Origin: Candidatus Poriferihabitaceae bacterium
GTDB lineage: Bacteria; Pseudomonadota; Gammaproteobacteria; Arenicellales; Poriferihabitantaceae
DNA: 64,000 bases
Reading direction: 5' to 3'
Assembly (NCBI GenBank): GCA_965203265.1
Contig: CBDBBV010000002.1
Coordinates: 1,362,773 to 1,426,772, forward strand
The notes under the pieces were generated by a model that did not search any database, had not been told where the DNA came from, and saw nothing but the letters and a program-made list of their open reading frames with translations. Of this stretch, positions 29,247 to 38,494 are shown in pieces (positions within the stretch are counted from its first letter, which is position 1; every line of letters starts with the position of its first letter). A program made the position numbers and the translations under genes.

Positions 29247-29602
29247 CTTGGGTTCAGGCTTGGGTTCACATTCTCGCCAACGGCGATGGTAGCGGATTGG
29301 ATGATTTGACGATGGCTATTCATGACGATTCTCCTGCGGGTGGGTGAGTTGGGCAGTCGGCTGATCTGCCGTTTTGAATTGGAGGGGCTACATTACCGGA
29401 TATTCTCGGTGCTTGGCAAGGCCCTGTACCCGGCGATTTATCGCGAAATTCGGGCGATTTTACAGATAACCGCGTCCGGCGGGGGGAAATTCGGCGTTTT
29501 TGCGCTATTTTCGGGGCGACCGACCCGATCCGGGCGCGCCGACCGCCGCGCGGGTTCTCGGTTATAATCCGCCTCCATCCGAACCACCCAGCCATCACCG
29601 CC

Positions 29603-30466
29603 GTGAAAATCGACACAGTCGGACTGTTCGGCAAATTCAATGACCGCAGCGTGAGCGGCACGGTTGCCGACATCCGTGCATTGCTGGAGAAAAATCGCCT
29701 GAAAGTCCTGCTGGGCGGCACCACCTCGCCGGCCATAGATGGCGAACGTCTGGACGAGGGCGACCCACGCCTCGGCGAGATCATCGATCTGGCCATGGTG
29801 GTGGGCGGAGACGGCACCATGCTGAGCGCGGCGCGCACGTTGGCGGCGCACGAAATCCCGGCGGTCGGCGTCAATCTCGGCCGCCTCGGCTTTCTCGCCG
29901 ACATCGCTCTCGGCGACCTGAAATCCAGCCTCGACGCCATTTTGCGGGGCGACTATCACATCGAGCGGCGTAGTTTGCTGGACACCAGCGTGCGGCGGGG
30001 GGGCGAGATCGTGTGCGGCGGCAGTTCGGTCAACGATACGGTGATTTCCAAGGGCAGCACGGGTCGCCTGATCGAGTTTGAAATCCGCGTCAACGGGCAG
30101 TTTCTCAGCCACATCCGCAGCGACGGCGTAATCCTCGCCACGCCGACCGGCTCGACCGCGTATTCGCTGTCCGCCGGCGGGCCGATCATCTATCCGACCT
30201 TGCCGGTGATCAGCCTTTCGCCGGTGTGCCCGCACATGCTGAGCAATCGCCCCATCGTCCTCGACCACAATGCGACCATCGAAATTTCCCATCTGGTGTT
30301 CGCCGAAACTCACGCCAATCTGGCTCTGGACGGGGTGATCATCTGCAAACTGCACGGAGACGAGGTGATCACGGTGAGCAAGGCGGCGGCGACTCTGTCC
30401 ATGATTCGCATCAACCGCCACGACCACTTCGAGACGCTGCGCTCCAAACTCGGCTGGAATGAATGA
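29603..30466 (+). CDS. nadK: NAD(+) kinase
   Basis: Motifs MVVGGDGTML and VNLGRLGFLAD, in an NadK-recN arrangement. Confidence 0.9.
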   Translation: MKIDTVGLFGKFNDRSVSGTVADIRALLEKNRLKVLLGGTTSPAIDGERLDEGDPRLGEIIDLAMVVGGDGTMLSAARTLAAHEIPAVGVNLGRLGFLADIALGDLKSSLDAILRGDYHIERRSLLDTSVRRGGEIVCGGSSVNDTVISKGSTGRLIEFEIRVNGQFLSHIRSDGVILATPTGSTAYSLSAGGPIIYPTLPVISLSPVCPHMLSNRPIVLDHNATIEISHLVFAETHANLALDGVIICKLHGDEVITVSKAAATLSMIRINRHDHFETLRSKLGWNE

Positions 30467-30469
30467 TCG

Positions 30470-32140
30470 ATGATCGACTGGCTGGAAATCCGCGATCTGG
30501 CCATCGCCGAGCACATCGCGCTGGAATTCGGCGACGGCTTCACCGCGGTTACCGGCGAGACCGGTTCGGGGAAATCGCTCATCGTCGAGGCGTTGGCGGC
30601 GCTGCTCGGCGGGAGATGCGAAAACGCGATGATTCGGCGGCGGCAGGAAAGCGCGGAAATTCAGGGGGGCTTCAAGTTGGACGGCTGTGAGGCGGCGATG
30701 GCGTGGCTGCGCGACAACGATTTCCACAATGAAATTGCAGATGAGGACGCGAGCGAGTGCATCCTGCGGCGGGTGGTGCGGCGCGATCGGCCGAGCCGCG
30801 CCTATATCAACGGGCGCGCCGCCACCGCCGCCCAGCTGCGCGCCCTCGGACGCGAGTTGGTGGAGATTCACGGGCAGAACGAACACCATGCCCTGCTCGG
30901 CAAGCCGGGGCAGTTGGCGCTACTCGACGGCGCCGCCGGCAACGGCGAAAAACTGGCGCGGCTGGGCAGTTGCCACGAGAAATTGATGGCGGTGCGCGCG
31001 CAAATGGCGCAGGTGACCGAACGCGGCGATCTGGCGCGCGAGCGAGCCGAGCTGCTGGGCGCGCACATTGCGGAACTGGAGTCTCTCGCCCCGCAGGCCG
31101 ACGAGTGGCCGCGACTGGAGGCACAGCACCGGCGCATGCACCACGCACAGGAGTTGGCCGAGGGGACGCGCACGGTCGCCGAGCGACTGCGGGAAAGCGA
31201 GAGCGAGGTGCTGGCGGCGTGTTGTCGGCAGTTGCGGCGGCTGGCGGAATTCGATGGGCGGCTGAACGGCATCGTCGCCATGTTGGAGGAAGCCGGAGTC
31301 AATCTGAACGAGTCCGCCGAGCAGTTGCTGGCGTTGGGCGGAGACGGCGCCGTCGATGCGGCGCAGATTGCCGAGATCGAGGCGCGATTCTCCCGCTATC
31401 ACGAACTCGCCCGCAAGCATCGGGTGTTGCCGAACCTGCTCGCGGAAAAACTCGAACAGCTGCGCGTCGAACTGGCGCAAGCGGCGGATCCGGCGGCGGA
31501 ATTGCAGCGGCTGGAGGCGCAGTGGCAGGCTCACTTGGCCGAGTACGATGAGCTGGCGGGCGAAATCGGCAAACGCCGAGGCAAGGCGGCGAAACACCTG
31601 TCCGCCGGCGTTACCGAGCTGATGCAGGTGCTCGGCATGGCCGGTGGCGAGTTGGAAATCCGCCTGCTGCCGAACGAAACGGGGCGCATCGCCCGGCGCG
31701 GCGGGGAGAGCGTGGAATTCGCCGTGAGCGCCAATCCGGGGCTGCCTCTCGGGCCGCTGGAGAAGGTCGCATCCGGCGGCGAACTGTCGCGCATTTCGCT
31801 GGCCATCAATGTGGTGCTGGCGGCGGATGCGCCGACTTCCACCCTGCTGTTCGACGAGGTGGATGTGGGCATCGGCGGGCGGGTGGCGGAGATCGTCGGG
31901 CGGAAATTGCGCCAACTGGGGGGCAGTCGGCAGGTGGTGTGCATAACCCATCTGCCGCAGGTGGCCGCCAACGGGCATCATCACTGGTCGGTGGTCAAGC
32001 AAACCGGCAAGCGGGCCACGGTCGGCGTGCACCGGTTGGACGGCAATCTGCGCGTGGAGGAGATCGCCCGCATGACCGCCGGCGCCGATTTGACGCCGCA
32101 ATCTCTGGCGCACGCCGAGCGGTTGCTGCAATCGGCATGA
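30470..32140 (+). CDS. recN: DNA repair protein RecN
   Basis: Walker A GETGSGKSLIV, a long coiled-coil middle and the C-terminal motif LLFDEVDVGIGG...VVCITHLPQVAA. Confidence 0.95.
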   Translation: MIDWLEIRDLAIAEHIALEFGDGFTAVTGETGSGKSLIVEALAALLGGRCENAMIRRRQESAEIQGGFKLDGCEAAMAWLRDNDFHNEIADEDASECILRRVVRRDRPSRAYINGRAATAAQLRALGRELVEIHGQNEHHALLGKPGQLALLDGAAGNGEKLARLGSCHEKLMAVRAQMAQVTERGDLARERAELLGAHIAELESLAPQADEWPRLEAQHRRMHHAQELAEGTRTVAERLRESESEVLAACCRQLRRLAEFDGRLNGIVAMLEEAGVNLNESAEQLLALGGDGAVDAAQIAEIEARFSRYHELARKHRVLPNLLAEKLEQLRVELAQAADPAAELQRLEAQWQAHLAEYDELAGEIGKRRGKAAKHLSAGVTELMQVLGMAGGELEIRLLPNETGRIARRGGESVEFAVSANPGLPLGPLEKVASGGELSRISLAINVVLAADAPTSTLLFDEVDVGIGGRVAEIVGRKLRQLGGSRQVVCITHLPQVAANGHHHWSVVKQTGKRATVGVHRLDGNLRVEEIARMTAGADLTPQSLAHAERLLQSA

Positions 32141-32637
32141 AGGCGGCGCAGCAGTCAGCCCAGCGGGAGATTCGCGCGGCGCGATTGGAGGATGTGGAGG
32201 GCATTCACGCGCTGTTGAGGCATTTCAGCGACCACGGCGTGTTGCTGCCGCGCTCCCACAGCGACCTGTATCAGAGTTTGCGCGAATTTCTGGTGGTGGA
32301 GGCGCACGGCACCATCATCGCCTGCGGCGCTTTGCAGATTTTCACCCATGAATTGGGCGAGGTCAGGAGCCTGGCGGTTGCGCCGCGCCACGCCAATCTG
32401 GGGCTGGGGCACGATCTGGTGCGCCGCATCGAGGAGGAGGCACTGGAGATCGGCCTGAGTCGGCTGATGGCGCTGACCTACGCCACCGGTTTCTTTCACA
32501 AACTGGGCTTCCGCACTGTAGAGATGAGTGAGTTGCCGGAGAAGGTGTGGGGCGCCTGCATCAACTGTTACAAGTTCATGAATTGTGATGAAATAGCCGT
32601 CCTCAAAAATTTGAACCCGAATCCGAACCCGCAATAA
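32137..32637 (+). CDS. GNAT-family N-acetyltransferase
   Basis: Trimmed to MKAAQQSAQREIRAARLEDV; its ATGA overlaps the recN stop. The acetyl-CoA motif is RSLAVAPRHANLGLGHDLV. Confidence 0.8.
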   Translation: MKAAQQSAQREIRAARLEDVEGIHALLRHFSDHGVLLPRSHSDLYQSLREFLVVEAHGTIIACGALQIFTHELGEVRSLAVAPRHANLGLGHDLVRRIEEEALEIGLSRLMALTYATGFFHKLGFRTVEMSELPEKVWGACINCYKFMNCDEIAVLKNLNPNPNPQ

Positions 32638-32657
32638 CCTAACCGAGAACCCATCCG

Positions 32658-33014
32658 ATGAAATCGTTTTATCGTCTATTTTTATTGTCCGCCGCCCTTT
32701 GTCTGCTACTGCAAGGTTGCGTATACCGCATCGATGTGCAGCAGGGCAATGAAATTACTGCGGAAATGCTGAACCGGCTGGAAGTCGGCATGAGCAAGGA
32801 GGAGGTCATCGAGGTGCTCGGCCTGCCGCTGGTCAACGATCCGTTTCATCTGGATCGATGGGACTACTATTTCTACCTGAAGAAGGGCAAGGGCGGCGAG
32901 GTGGAGCAACGTTCCGCGACCTTGCGATTTAGCGAGGGGGTGCTGAGCGGCATGGATAGTACGTTGGTCGACGAAGCGGAAACGGAGACGGAAACGGAAA
33001 GCGAAAGCGAATAA
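32658..33014 (+). CDS. bamE: outer membrane protein assembly factor BamE (SmpA/OmlA lipoprotein)
   Basis: Lipobox LLQGC, then YRIDVQQGNEITAEMLNRLEVGMSKEEV. Confidence 0.85.
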   Translation: MKSFYRLFLLSAALCLLLQGCVYRIDVQQGNEITAEMLNRLEVGMSKEEVIEVLGLPLVNDPFHLDRWDYYFYLKKGKGGEVEQRSATLRFSEGVLSGMDSTLVDEAETETETESESE

Positions 33015-33059
33015 GGCGCTCTCGGTCGCCGGTCGCCAGCCGCCAACTGCCAACCGCGA

Positions 33060-33545
33060 TCAGTCGCGGAAATTCACATATTGCAGGGGTAGTCCGAGCC
33101 GCTGTTCGTCGAGGAAGGCGATCACCTGCTGCAAGTCGTCTCGCTTCTTCCCGCTCACCCGAACCTGCCCGCTGCGGATGGCCGACTGCACCTTCATCTT
33201 GCGCCCCTTGATCAGCTTCACGATCCGCCGAGCCAGATCGATGTCCACGCCCTGACGCACCTTGATCTCCTGCACCGCCTTGCCGCCCGCACTCACCCGC
33301 ACCTCCCCCTTCTCCAAGCAGGCAACATCCACCGCCCGCTTGGCCAGTTTCAGCTGCAGCACCTCCACCACCTGCCCGACCTTGAAGTCGTCATCGGCGT
33401 GCACGGTGAGCAGCGGATCGCTTTCCTCCACGCGGGCATCGCTGCCCTTGAAATCGAAACGGGTGCCGACCTCCCGATTGGTCTGGTTCACGGCGTTCTT
33501 CACCTCCTGCCAGTCCACTTCGGAGACGATATCGAACGAGGGCAT
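33060..33545 (-). CDS. yajQ: YajQ-family nucleotide-binding protein (UPF0234)
   Basis: MPSFDIVSEVDWQEVKNAVNQTNREVGTRFDFKGS...; 161 aa. Confidence 0.9.
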   Translation of the reverse strand: MPSFDIVSEVDWQEVKNAVNQTNREVGTRFDFKGSDARVEESDPLLTVHADDDFKVGQVVEVLQLKLAKRAVDVACLEKGEVRVSAGGKAVQEIKVRQGVDIDLARRIVKLIKGRKMKVQSAIRSGQVRVSGKKRDDLQQVIAFLDEQRLGLPLQYVNFRD

Positions 33546-33562
33546 GGTTCAAATTCCTCCGA

Positions 33563-34540
33563 TCACAGCAAGTCGCGAATCGCGTCCCGCTCCTGCCGCA
33601 ATTCCTCCGCGGTGGCGTCCATCAAGCGGCGGCTGAAGTCGCTGATTTCCAAGCCCTGTACGATGCGGTATCGCCCGCCTTCGCAGATGGTCGGGAATGA
33701 GTAGATCAGGCCCGCTTCGATGCCGTAACTGCCGTCGCTGGCAACCGCCATGCTGACCCAATCGTCGGCGGCGCTGCCGAGGGCCCAGTCGCGCAAATGG
33801 TCGATGGCGGCGCTGGCGGCGCTGGCGGCGCTGGACGCCCCGCGCGCCTCGATGATGGCCGCGCCGCGCTGTTGTACCGCCGGAATGAAGTCGCGCTCAA
33901 GCCATTCCTGTTCGACCATTTCCCGCGCGCTTTCGCCCTTGGCCAGAGTATGGGAGATGTCCGGATATTGGGTCGCCGAATGGTTTCCCCAGATGGTCAT
34001 TCGGCGGATGTCGCCGGCATGGAGATTCAGCTTGCCCGCCAGCCCAGCGACGGCGCGGTTGTGATCCAGACGAGTCATGGCGGTGAACTGGGTGGGGTCG
34101 AGATCGGGCGCGTTGGCGGCGGCGATGAGGGCGTTGGTGTTGGCCGGATTGCCGACCACCAGCACCTTGACCGATCCGGCGGCGTGGTCGTTGATCGCCC
34201 GCCCCTGACGGGAGAAAATCCTGCCGTTGTCCTGCAAAAGATCGCTGCGCTCCATGCCCGCAACGCGCGGCTTGGAGCCCACCAGCAGTGCGTAGTCGGC
34301 ATCGGCAAAGGCCACCTCGGCTTCATCCGAAACGACGATACCGGCGAGCAGGGGGAAGGCGCAGTCCTGCAGCTCCATGACCACGCCGTGCAGGGCGTCC
34401 ATCGCCGCCGGCACCTCCAGCAGTTGCAGAATGACCGGCTGATCGCGGCCAAGCATATCGCCGGCGGCAATGCGAAACAGCAACGAATAGGAAATACTAC
34501 CGGCAGCACCGGTCAGCGCGACACGGGCGGGTGATTGCAT
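33563..34540 (-). CDS. mdh: malate dehydrogenase
   Basis: Trimmed to [31 protein letters not shown]; also contains the motif [10 protein letters not shown]. Confidence 0.9.
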   Translation of the reverse strand: MQSPARVALTGAAGSISYSLLFRIAAGDMLGRDQPVILQLLEVPAAMDALHGVVMELQDCAFPLLAGIVVSDEAEVAFADADYALLVGSKPRVAGMERSDLLQDNGRIFSRQGRAINDHAAGSVKVLVVGNPANTNALIAAANAPDLDPTQFTAMTRLDHNRAVAGLAGKLNLHAGDIRRMTIWGNHSATQYPDISHTLAKGESAREMVEQEWLERDFIPAVQQRGAAIIEARGASSAASAASAAIDHLRDWALGSAADDWVSMAVASDGSYGIEAGLIYSFPTICEGGRYRIVQGLEISDFSRRLMDATAEELRQERDAIRDLL

Positions 34541-34778
34541 GGGATTTAACCGGAATGACAGGGATGACAGAGGGCGCGGATTATACCGAAAGGGGCGATT
34601 GTCCACACCTCGCCGGGCGTGTTAGAGTTCACTTTGCTGTTATTCTGTTATCAGTTGACCCACAAACCTTGGAGCATAATGGTCATGTCGATAATCATTC
34701 CGCCCTGCGTTGCACAAACAACCTTGGGCGCATCGCCGGGATTGTCGGCAAGCGCCTCCGCTACGCGGATTTGATCGG

Positions 34779-35831
34779 ATGACAACGGCAGTTCTGACGC
34801 GCAGCGGCGAATATCGGCCTCATATCAAACAGCGCCGCGCCCCCAACTCGGGCGACAAATACCGACGGGGCGAGGTGGCGCTGCACTACGGGAAGGCGGA
34901 AGACTGCTACACCGAGTGGGCCGCGCCTGTTTGTATCATTGCCGATGGCCCATATGGTTTGAGCGGTTTCCCCGGCGACCTGCATTCCGCCAAGGGGCTG
35001 GCGGCATGGTATCGCCCCCACATCGAGGCATGGTCGAAGAGGGCCAGCGCGGAAACGACTCTGTGGTTCTGGAATTCGGAATTGGGATGGGCGACGGTTC
35101 ACCCCGTTCTTGTGGAATTCGGATGGGAATATCGAAACTGCCACATCTGGGACAAGGGCTTGTCGCATGTGGCGGGAAACGCGAACACCAAGACGTTGCG
35201 CAAGTTCCCGGTGACTACGGAAACATGCGTGCAATATGTCAAGCCGCCTCGCTTCGATGGTCTGTCGATGCAGGAATGGCTGCGGCACGAATGGATCCGC
35301 ACGGGCTTGCCCATGCGATTGGCGAACGACGCTTGTGGCGTGCGGAACGCCGCAACCCGAAAATACCTTACCGCCGATCATCTTTGGTATTTCCCGCCTC
35401 CGGCCGCATTCGTGCAAATGGCTGCATTTGCGAACGAACATGGAGATCCGGCCGGGCGCCCGTACTTCAGCACGAACGGCGAGCGCCCGATTAGCGCAGC
35501 CGAATGGGCTGCCAACCGTGCAAAGTTCAACTGTGCGGTCGGTGTTACCAATGTCTGGCGGCGCCCTCATGTTTCAGGGGGCGAGCGCATAGCCGGTAGC
35601 CGGAGTGCAATGCAATGGAAATTCAAGAGTCTGCACGGCAGTCAGAAGCCGCTCGAGCTCATTGAAATGGCCATTGCGGCCAGCACCGACCCCGGCGATA
35701 CGGTATGGGAGCCCTTTGGTGGCCTGTGCCCCGCTGCGGTAGGAGCGTGGCGCTTGGGGCGGGCATGTCATAGCGCGGAGATCGTCCCGGAGTTCTACAA
35801 TGCAGCCGTTGACCGCCTCGCCGGCGCCTAA
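34779..35831 (+). CDS. beta-class N4/N6 DNA methyltransferase (type II R-M)
   Basis: Motif IV variant IIADGPYG comes first. The later block is HGSQKPLELIEMAI...DTVWEPFGGLCPAAVGAWRLGR (motif I). The start was taken as MTTAVLTRSG. Confidence 0.8.
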   Translation: MTTAVLTRSGEYRPHIKQRRAPNSGDKYRRGEVALHYGKAEDCYTEWAAPVCIIADGPYGLSGFPGDLHSAKGLAAWYRPHIEAWSKRASAETTLWFWNSELGWATVHPVLVEFGWEYRNCHIWDKGLSHVAGNANTKTLRKFPVTTETCVQYVKPPRFDGLSMQEWLRHEWIRTGLPMRLANDACGVRNAATRKYLTADHLWYFPPPAAFVQMAAFANEHGDPAGRPYFSTNGERPISAAEWAANRAKFNCAVGVTNVWRRPHVSGGERIAGSRSAMQWKFKSLHGSQKPLELIEMAIAASTDPGDTVWEPFGGLCPAAVGAWRLGRACHSAEIVPEFYNAAVDRLAGA

Positions 35832-36585
35832 GCCGCTCGAGCCGGTCGAGTGGGAACATTTCGACCTGTGGCGGCGCGTCCGAAGAGCCTTGTTCGCGAT
35901 TCCGGATCACTTCACGACCGCGATCAACCTTGAAGGACTGTCGGCAACGGACATCTTCACGCTGAACACGCCACTCGGAGCGACCATTGAGGACTCGTTC
36001 GTCAAAACCTTGAACACGCTGCGCCCGGCTTGGGATCCGAATTCGAAATACCAGACCTATTCGTTCGTCCGGCAGGCGCAGACTTTCCCCGATATCGTCC
36101 TGCGCACAATCGACAACGGATCGACCCCGCTTATGGGGATCGAAATGAAAGGCTGGTATCTTCTCGCCAAAGAGAAAATGCCGACTTTCCGGTTCACTCA
36201 GACTGCCGCCGCTTGCGCTCCTCAGGATTTGCTGGTTGTCGTTCCTTGGGTTCTGTCGAATGTTCTGGCGGGCGCGCCCGTTCTTTCCCGACCATTTGTG
36301 CAGCTCGCCCGGTATTGTGCCGAGAAACGTAACTACTATTGGCAATATGAGCGGGGCAGCACCCACGATACGGGGATCGAAATACCGCACCGCGTGTCGC
36401 CTTATCCAGCGAAAAGCGAGCAGATTTCAGATACGCCCAAGAGCGACTCCGGCGGTAACTTCGGACGCTTGGCGCGCTATGGGATCATGGGAGACTACAT
36501 CGCGCAAATGCAGATGGAAACGGTGCGAGGCATCCCGGTGTCATCGTGGCATGAATTCTTCAAGAAGCACGGGGACACCAAATGA
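35800..36585 (+). CDS. probable cognate type II restriction endonuclease (PD-(D/E)xK)
   Basis: FPDIVLRTIDNGSTPLMGIEMKGWY gives a PD...ExK arrangement. It overlaps the methylase 3' end by 32 nt. I recognise no other family. Confidence 0.55.
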   Translation: MQPLTASPAPKPLEPVEWEHFDLWRRVRRALFAIPDHFTTAINLEGLSATDIFTLNTPLGATIEDSFVKTLNTLRPAWDPNSKYQTYSFVRQAQTFPDIVLRTIDNGSTPLMGIEMKGWYLLAKEKMPTFRFTQTAAACAPQDLLVVVPWVLSNVLAGAPVLSRPFVQLARYCAEKRNYYWQYERGSTHDTGIEIPHRVSPYPAKSEQISDTPKSDSGGNFGRLARYGIMGDYIAQMQMETVRGIPVSSWHEFFKKHGDTK

Positions 36586-36599
36586 CGAAGAAGAAACCT

Positions 36600-36662
36600 C
36601 CCGCCTCAGTGTAGTTCATCGCGGAAAACCACCCGGAGTCCGGAATGTATCGGCATCGTACA
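36600..36662 (+). mobile_element. truncated IS481-family end (transposase 3' remnant + terminal IR)
   Basis: TTCATCGCGGAAAACCACCCGGAGTCCGGAATGTATCGGCATCGTACA encodes [16 protein letters not shown]. The intact copy encodes FLAENHPESRMYWHRT. The orientation is opposite to the copies at 2278/2946/3636. Confidence 0.8.
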
Positions 36663-36704
36663 GGCGATTGACGCCGTGCGGGATACTGGGTAGTATGCCG
36701 CGCG

Positions 36705-38222
36705 ATGAAATTTCCCCTCCCCCGAATCACATCGTCGGCAAGCGCCGTGGCCCTGGTGGCGTTGTTGGCGGGCTGTGCGCCGCTATTGGAATACGCCTCG
36801 GCGTTGCGCGCGCCGACCGAGGCGGCTGAATCGGCTGATCCGGTTGAGCCGGCCGAAGATGCCCGGCATGACGCGGGCGACCAATCTCGCACTGCTCACG
36901 AGATGGCGGATGCTCCGGCGGCGATTGTCGCCATCCGGCAACCGCCCGAATCCGTGGAATCTACCGGTATCGAGCCGGATCAAGCCACCGAAGACGGTGA
37001 ATCCGGCCAAATCACCGGCACCGAACCTGCCCAAGCCGTCCAATCCACTCCGCCCGCCCTACCCCCCGACAATCTGTGGCCGCGATTGCGCGGCAATTTC
37101 CGCCTGTCCGACCAACGGTTGAATGCGAACCGCCTGCGTCATTTCGAGGACTGGTACAGCAGCCGCCCCGGTTATTTCGCCCGGCTGGTGCAGCGCGCCC
37201 ACTGGTTCCTGCCATTTGTGCTCGCCGAGGTGGAGAAGCGGGGGATGCCCGGGGAGATCGCGCTGCTGCCCGCCATCGAAAGCGCGTTTCGGCTGGACGC
37301 GGTGTCGCATTCCAACGCGGTGGGATTGTGGCAATTCATCGCCTCCACCGGGCGGCGCTTCGGCCTGCGTCAGGACTGGTGGGTGGACGAGCGGCGGGAT
37401 CTGGTGCACTCGACGCGCGCGGCGCTGGATTATCTCGACTTCCTCGAAAAGGAATTCAACGGCGACTGGGAGCTGGCGCTGGCCGCCTACAATGCCGGCG
37501 AGGGCGCGGTGCGGCGGCGGGTGGCGGACAACCGCAAGCGCAACAAGCCGACCGATTATTCCTCCCTGCGACTGCGCCGGGAAACCGCCGACTATGTGCC
37601 CAAACTGCTGGCGGTACGCAACATCATCCAACAGCCCGACCAATACGGCATCACTTTGGAGCGCATCCCCAACCGCCCCACGCTGGCGATGATCGACGCC
37701 AGATCGCAGACCGACCTGAGCGTGGCGGCGTCGGCGGGCGGCATCAATCGCGAGCGGTTGCGCTGGTTCAATCGGGGGTACAAGCGCGGATCGACGCCGC
37801 CCAACGGGCCGCATATTCTGGTGGTGCCGATGGCGCATTCCACGCAACTGCGCACCGCCCTCGACCAACTCGGCGCCGAGGCGCGCCTGCGGTGGGCGCG
37901 GCATCAGGTGCGTCCGGGGGAATATCTCGGCAAGATCGCGAAAAAATACGGCGTTACCGTGTCCTCGATCGTCTCCACCAACCAACTCACCTCCAGCCTG
38001 ATCCACCCGCGTCAGGAATTGCGCATCCCTCTCAGCACCGGCCGCTGGCTGGCGGAAAGCACCACCCGCGAAGGCGACATCCTGCATCAGGTCAAACCCG
38101 GCGATTCCCTGTGGCGCATCTCCCGCCGCTACGGAGTCAGCATCCCCCAACTGACCAGATGGAATCGGATTTCCCCCAACGCTTTGCTGCATCCGGGTCA
38201 ATCGTTGGTGGTGGGGCGGTAA
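36705..38222 (+). CDS. mltD: membrane-bound lytic murein transglycosylase D-like lipoprotein (SLT domain + two LysM)
   Basis: Lipobox LLAGC. SLT motifs are LPAIESAFRLDAVSHSNAVGLWQF and AAYNAGEG. C-terminal LysM repeats are HQVRPGEYLGKIAKKYGV and HQVKPGDSLWRISRRYGV. Confidence 0.85.
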   Translation: MKFPLPRITSSASAVALVALLAGCAPLLEYASALRAPTEAAESADPVEPAEDARHDAGDQSRTAHEMADAPAAIVAIRQPPESVESTGIEPDQATEDGESGQITGTEPAQAVQSTPPALPPDNLWPRLRGNFRLSDQRLNANRLRHFEDWYSSRPGYFARLVQRAHWFLPFVLAEVEKRGMPGEIALLPAIESAFRLDAVSHSNAVGLWQFIASTGRRFGLRQDWWVDERRDLVHSTRAALDYLDFLEKEFNGDWELALAAYNAGEGAVRRRVADNRKRNKPTDYSSLRLRRETADYVPKLLAVRNIIQQPDQYGITLERIPNRPTLAMIDARSQTDLSVAASAGGINRERLRWFNRGYKRGSTPPNGPHILVVPMAHSTQLRTALDQLGAEARLRWARHQVRPGEYLGKIAKKYGVTVSSIVSTNQLTSSLIHPRQELRIPLSTGRWLAESTTREGDILHQVKPGDSLWRISRRYGVSIPQLTRWNRISPNALLHPGQSLVVGR

Positions 38223-38276
38223 GGTCGCCCCCAATTCCCCTATAAGCAAACAGTCGGCTGGCGCGGAAATGGCCGA

Positions 38277-38304
38277 TTGACAACCACCCGCGCATCCGTA
38301 TACT
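38277..38304 (+). promoter_or_regulatory. near-consensus sigma70 promoter (TTGACA-16 nt-TATACT)
   Basis: TTGACA at 38277-38282, a 16-nt spacer, and TATACT at 38299-38304, in the mltD-lipoprotein intergenic region. Confidence 0.55.
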
Positions 38305-38310
38305 CCCACG

Positions 38311-38443
38311 CACACCTTAGCAGATGAGACCTGCATTATTGGGGCTCTCGTGCATGCAATGCCGTGTATTAGCGTTGCCCGACGGGGTAGCACTTGGAAA
38401 TAAACGGGGTTTCGCGCGCGGCATTCCCTGCCGCTCGTTTTTT
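38311..38443 (+). ncRNA. candidate ~130-nt sRNA or terminator-containing 5' leader of the downstream lipoprotein gene
   Basis: It runs from the predicted TSS (~38311) to the intrinsic terminator GCGGCA-TTCCC-TGCCGC + TCGTTTTTT (38418-38443). The only ORF is a 47-codon frame with no SD. Confidence 0.35.
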
Positions 38444-38494
38444 CGCATTTGCTAAGGTAGCAGACCCGGCACCTCGCCGGATTCACCTTGGCAA

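Noticed and set aside
32980-33011. GAAACGGA-type short repeats at the bamE 3' end (ETETETESESE tail)
   Set aside because: This is a low-complexity acidic C-terminal tail within a well-supported gene. It is not an independent element.
33656-33666. CTGTACGATGC, an 11-nt match to the IS481-like terminal repeat, inside mdh
   Set aside because: The match does not extend further and lies in conserved mdh coding sequence, so it is a chance match.
34674-34702. GCATAATG...AATCATTCCG upstream of the first R-M unit, resembling the other (left) end of the IS481-like element
   Set aside because: Only 8 + ~9 matching nt separated by an 11-nt insertion, with no flanking target duplication matching the 36662 end. 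This is too weak to call a complete IS-bounded R-M transposon.
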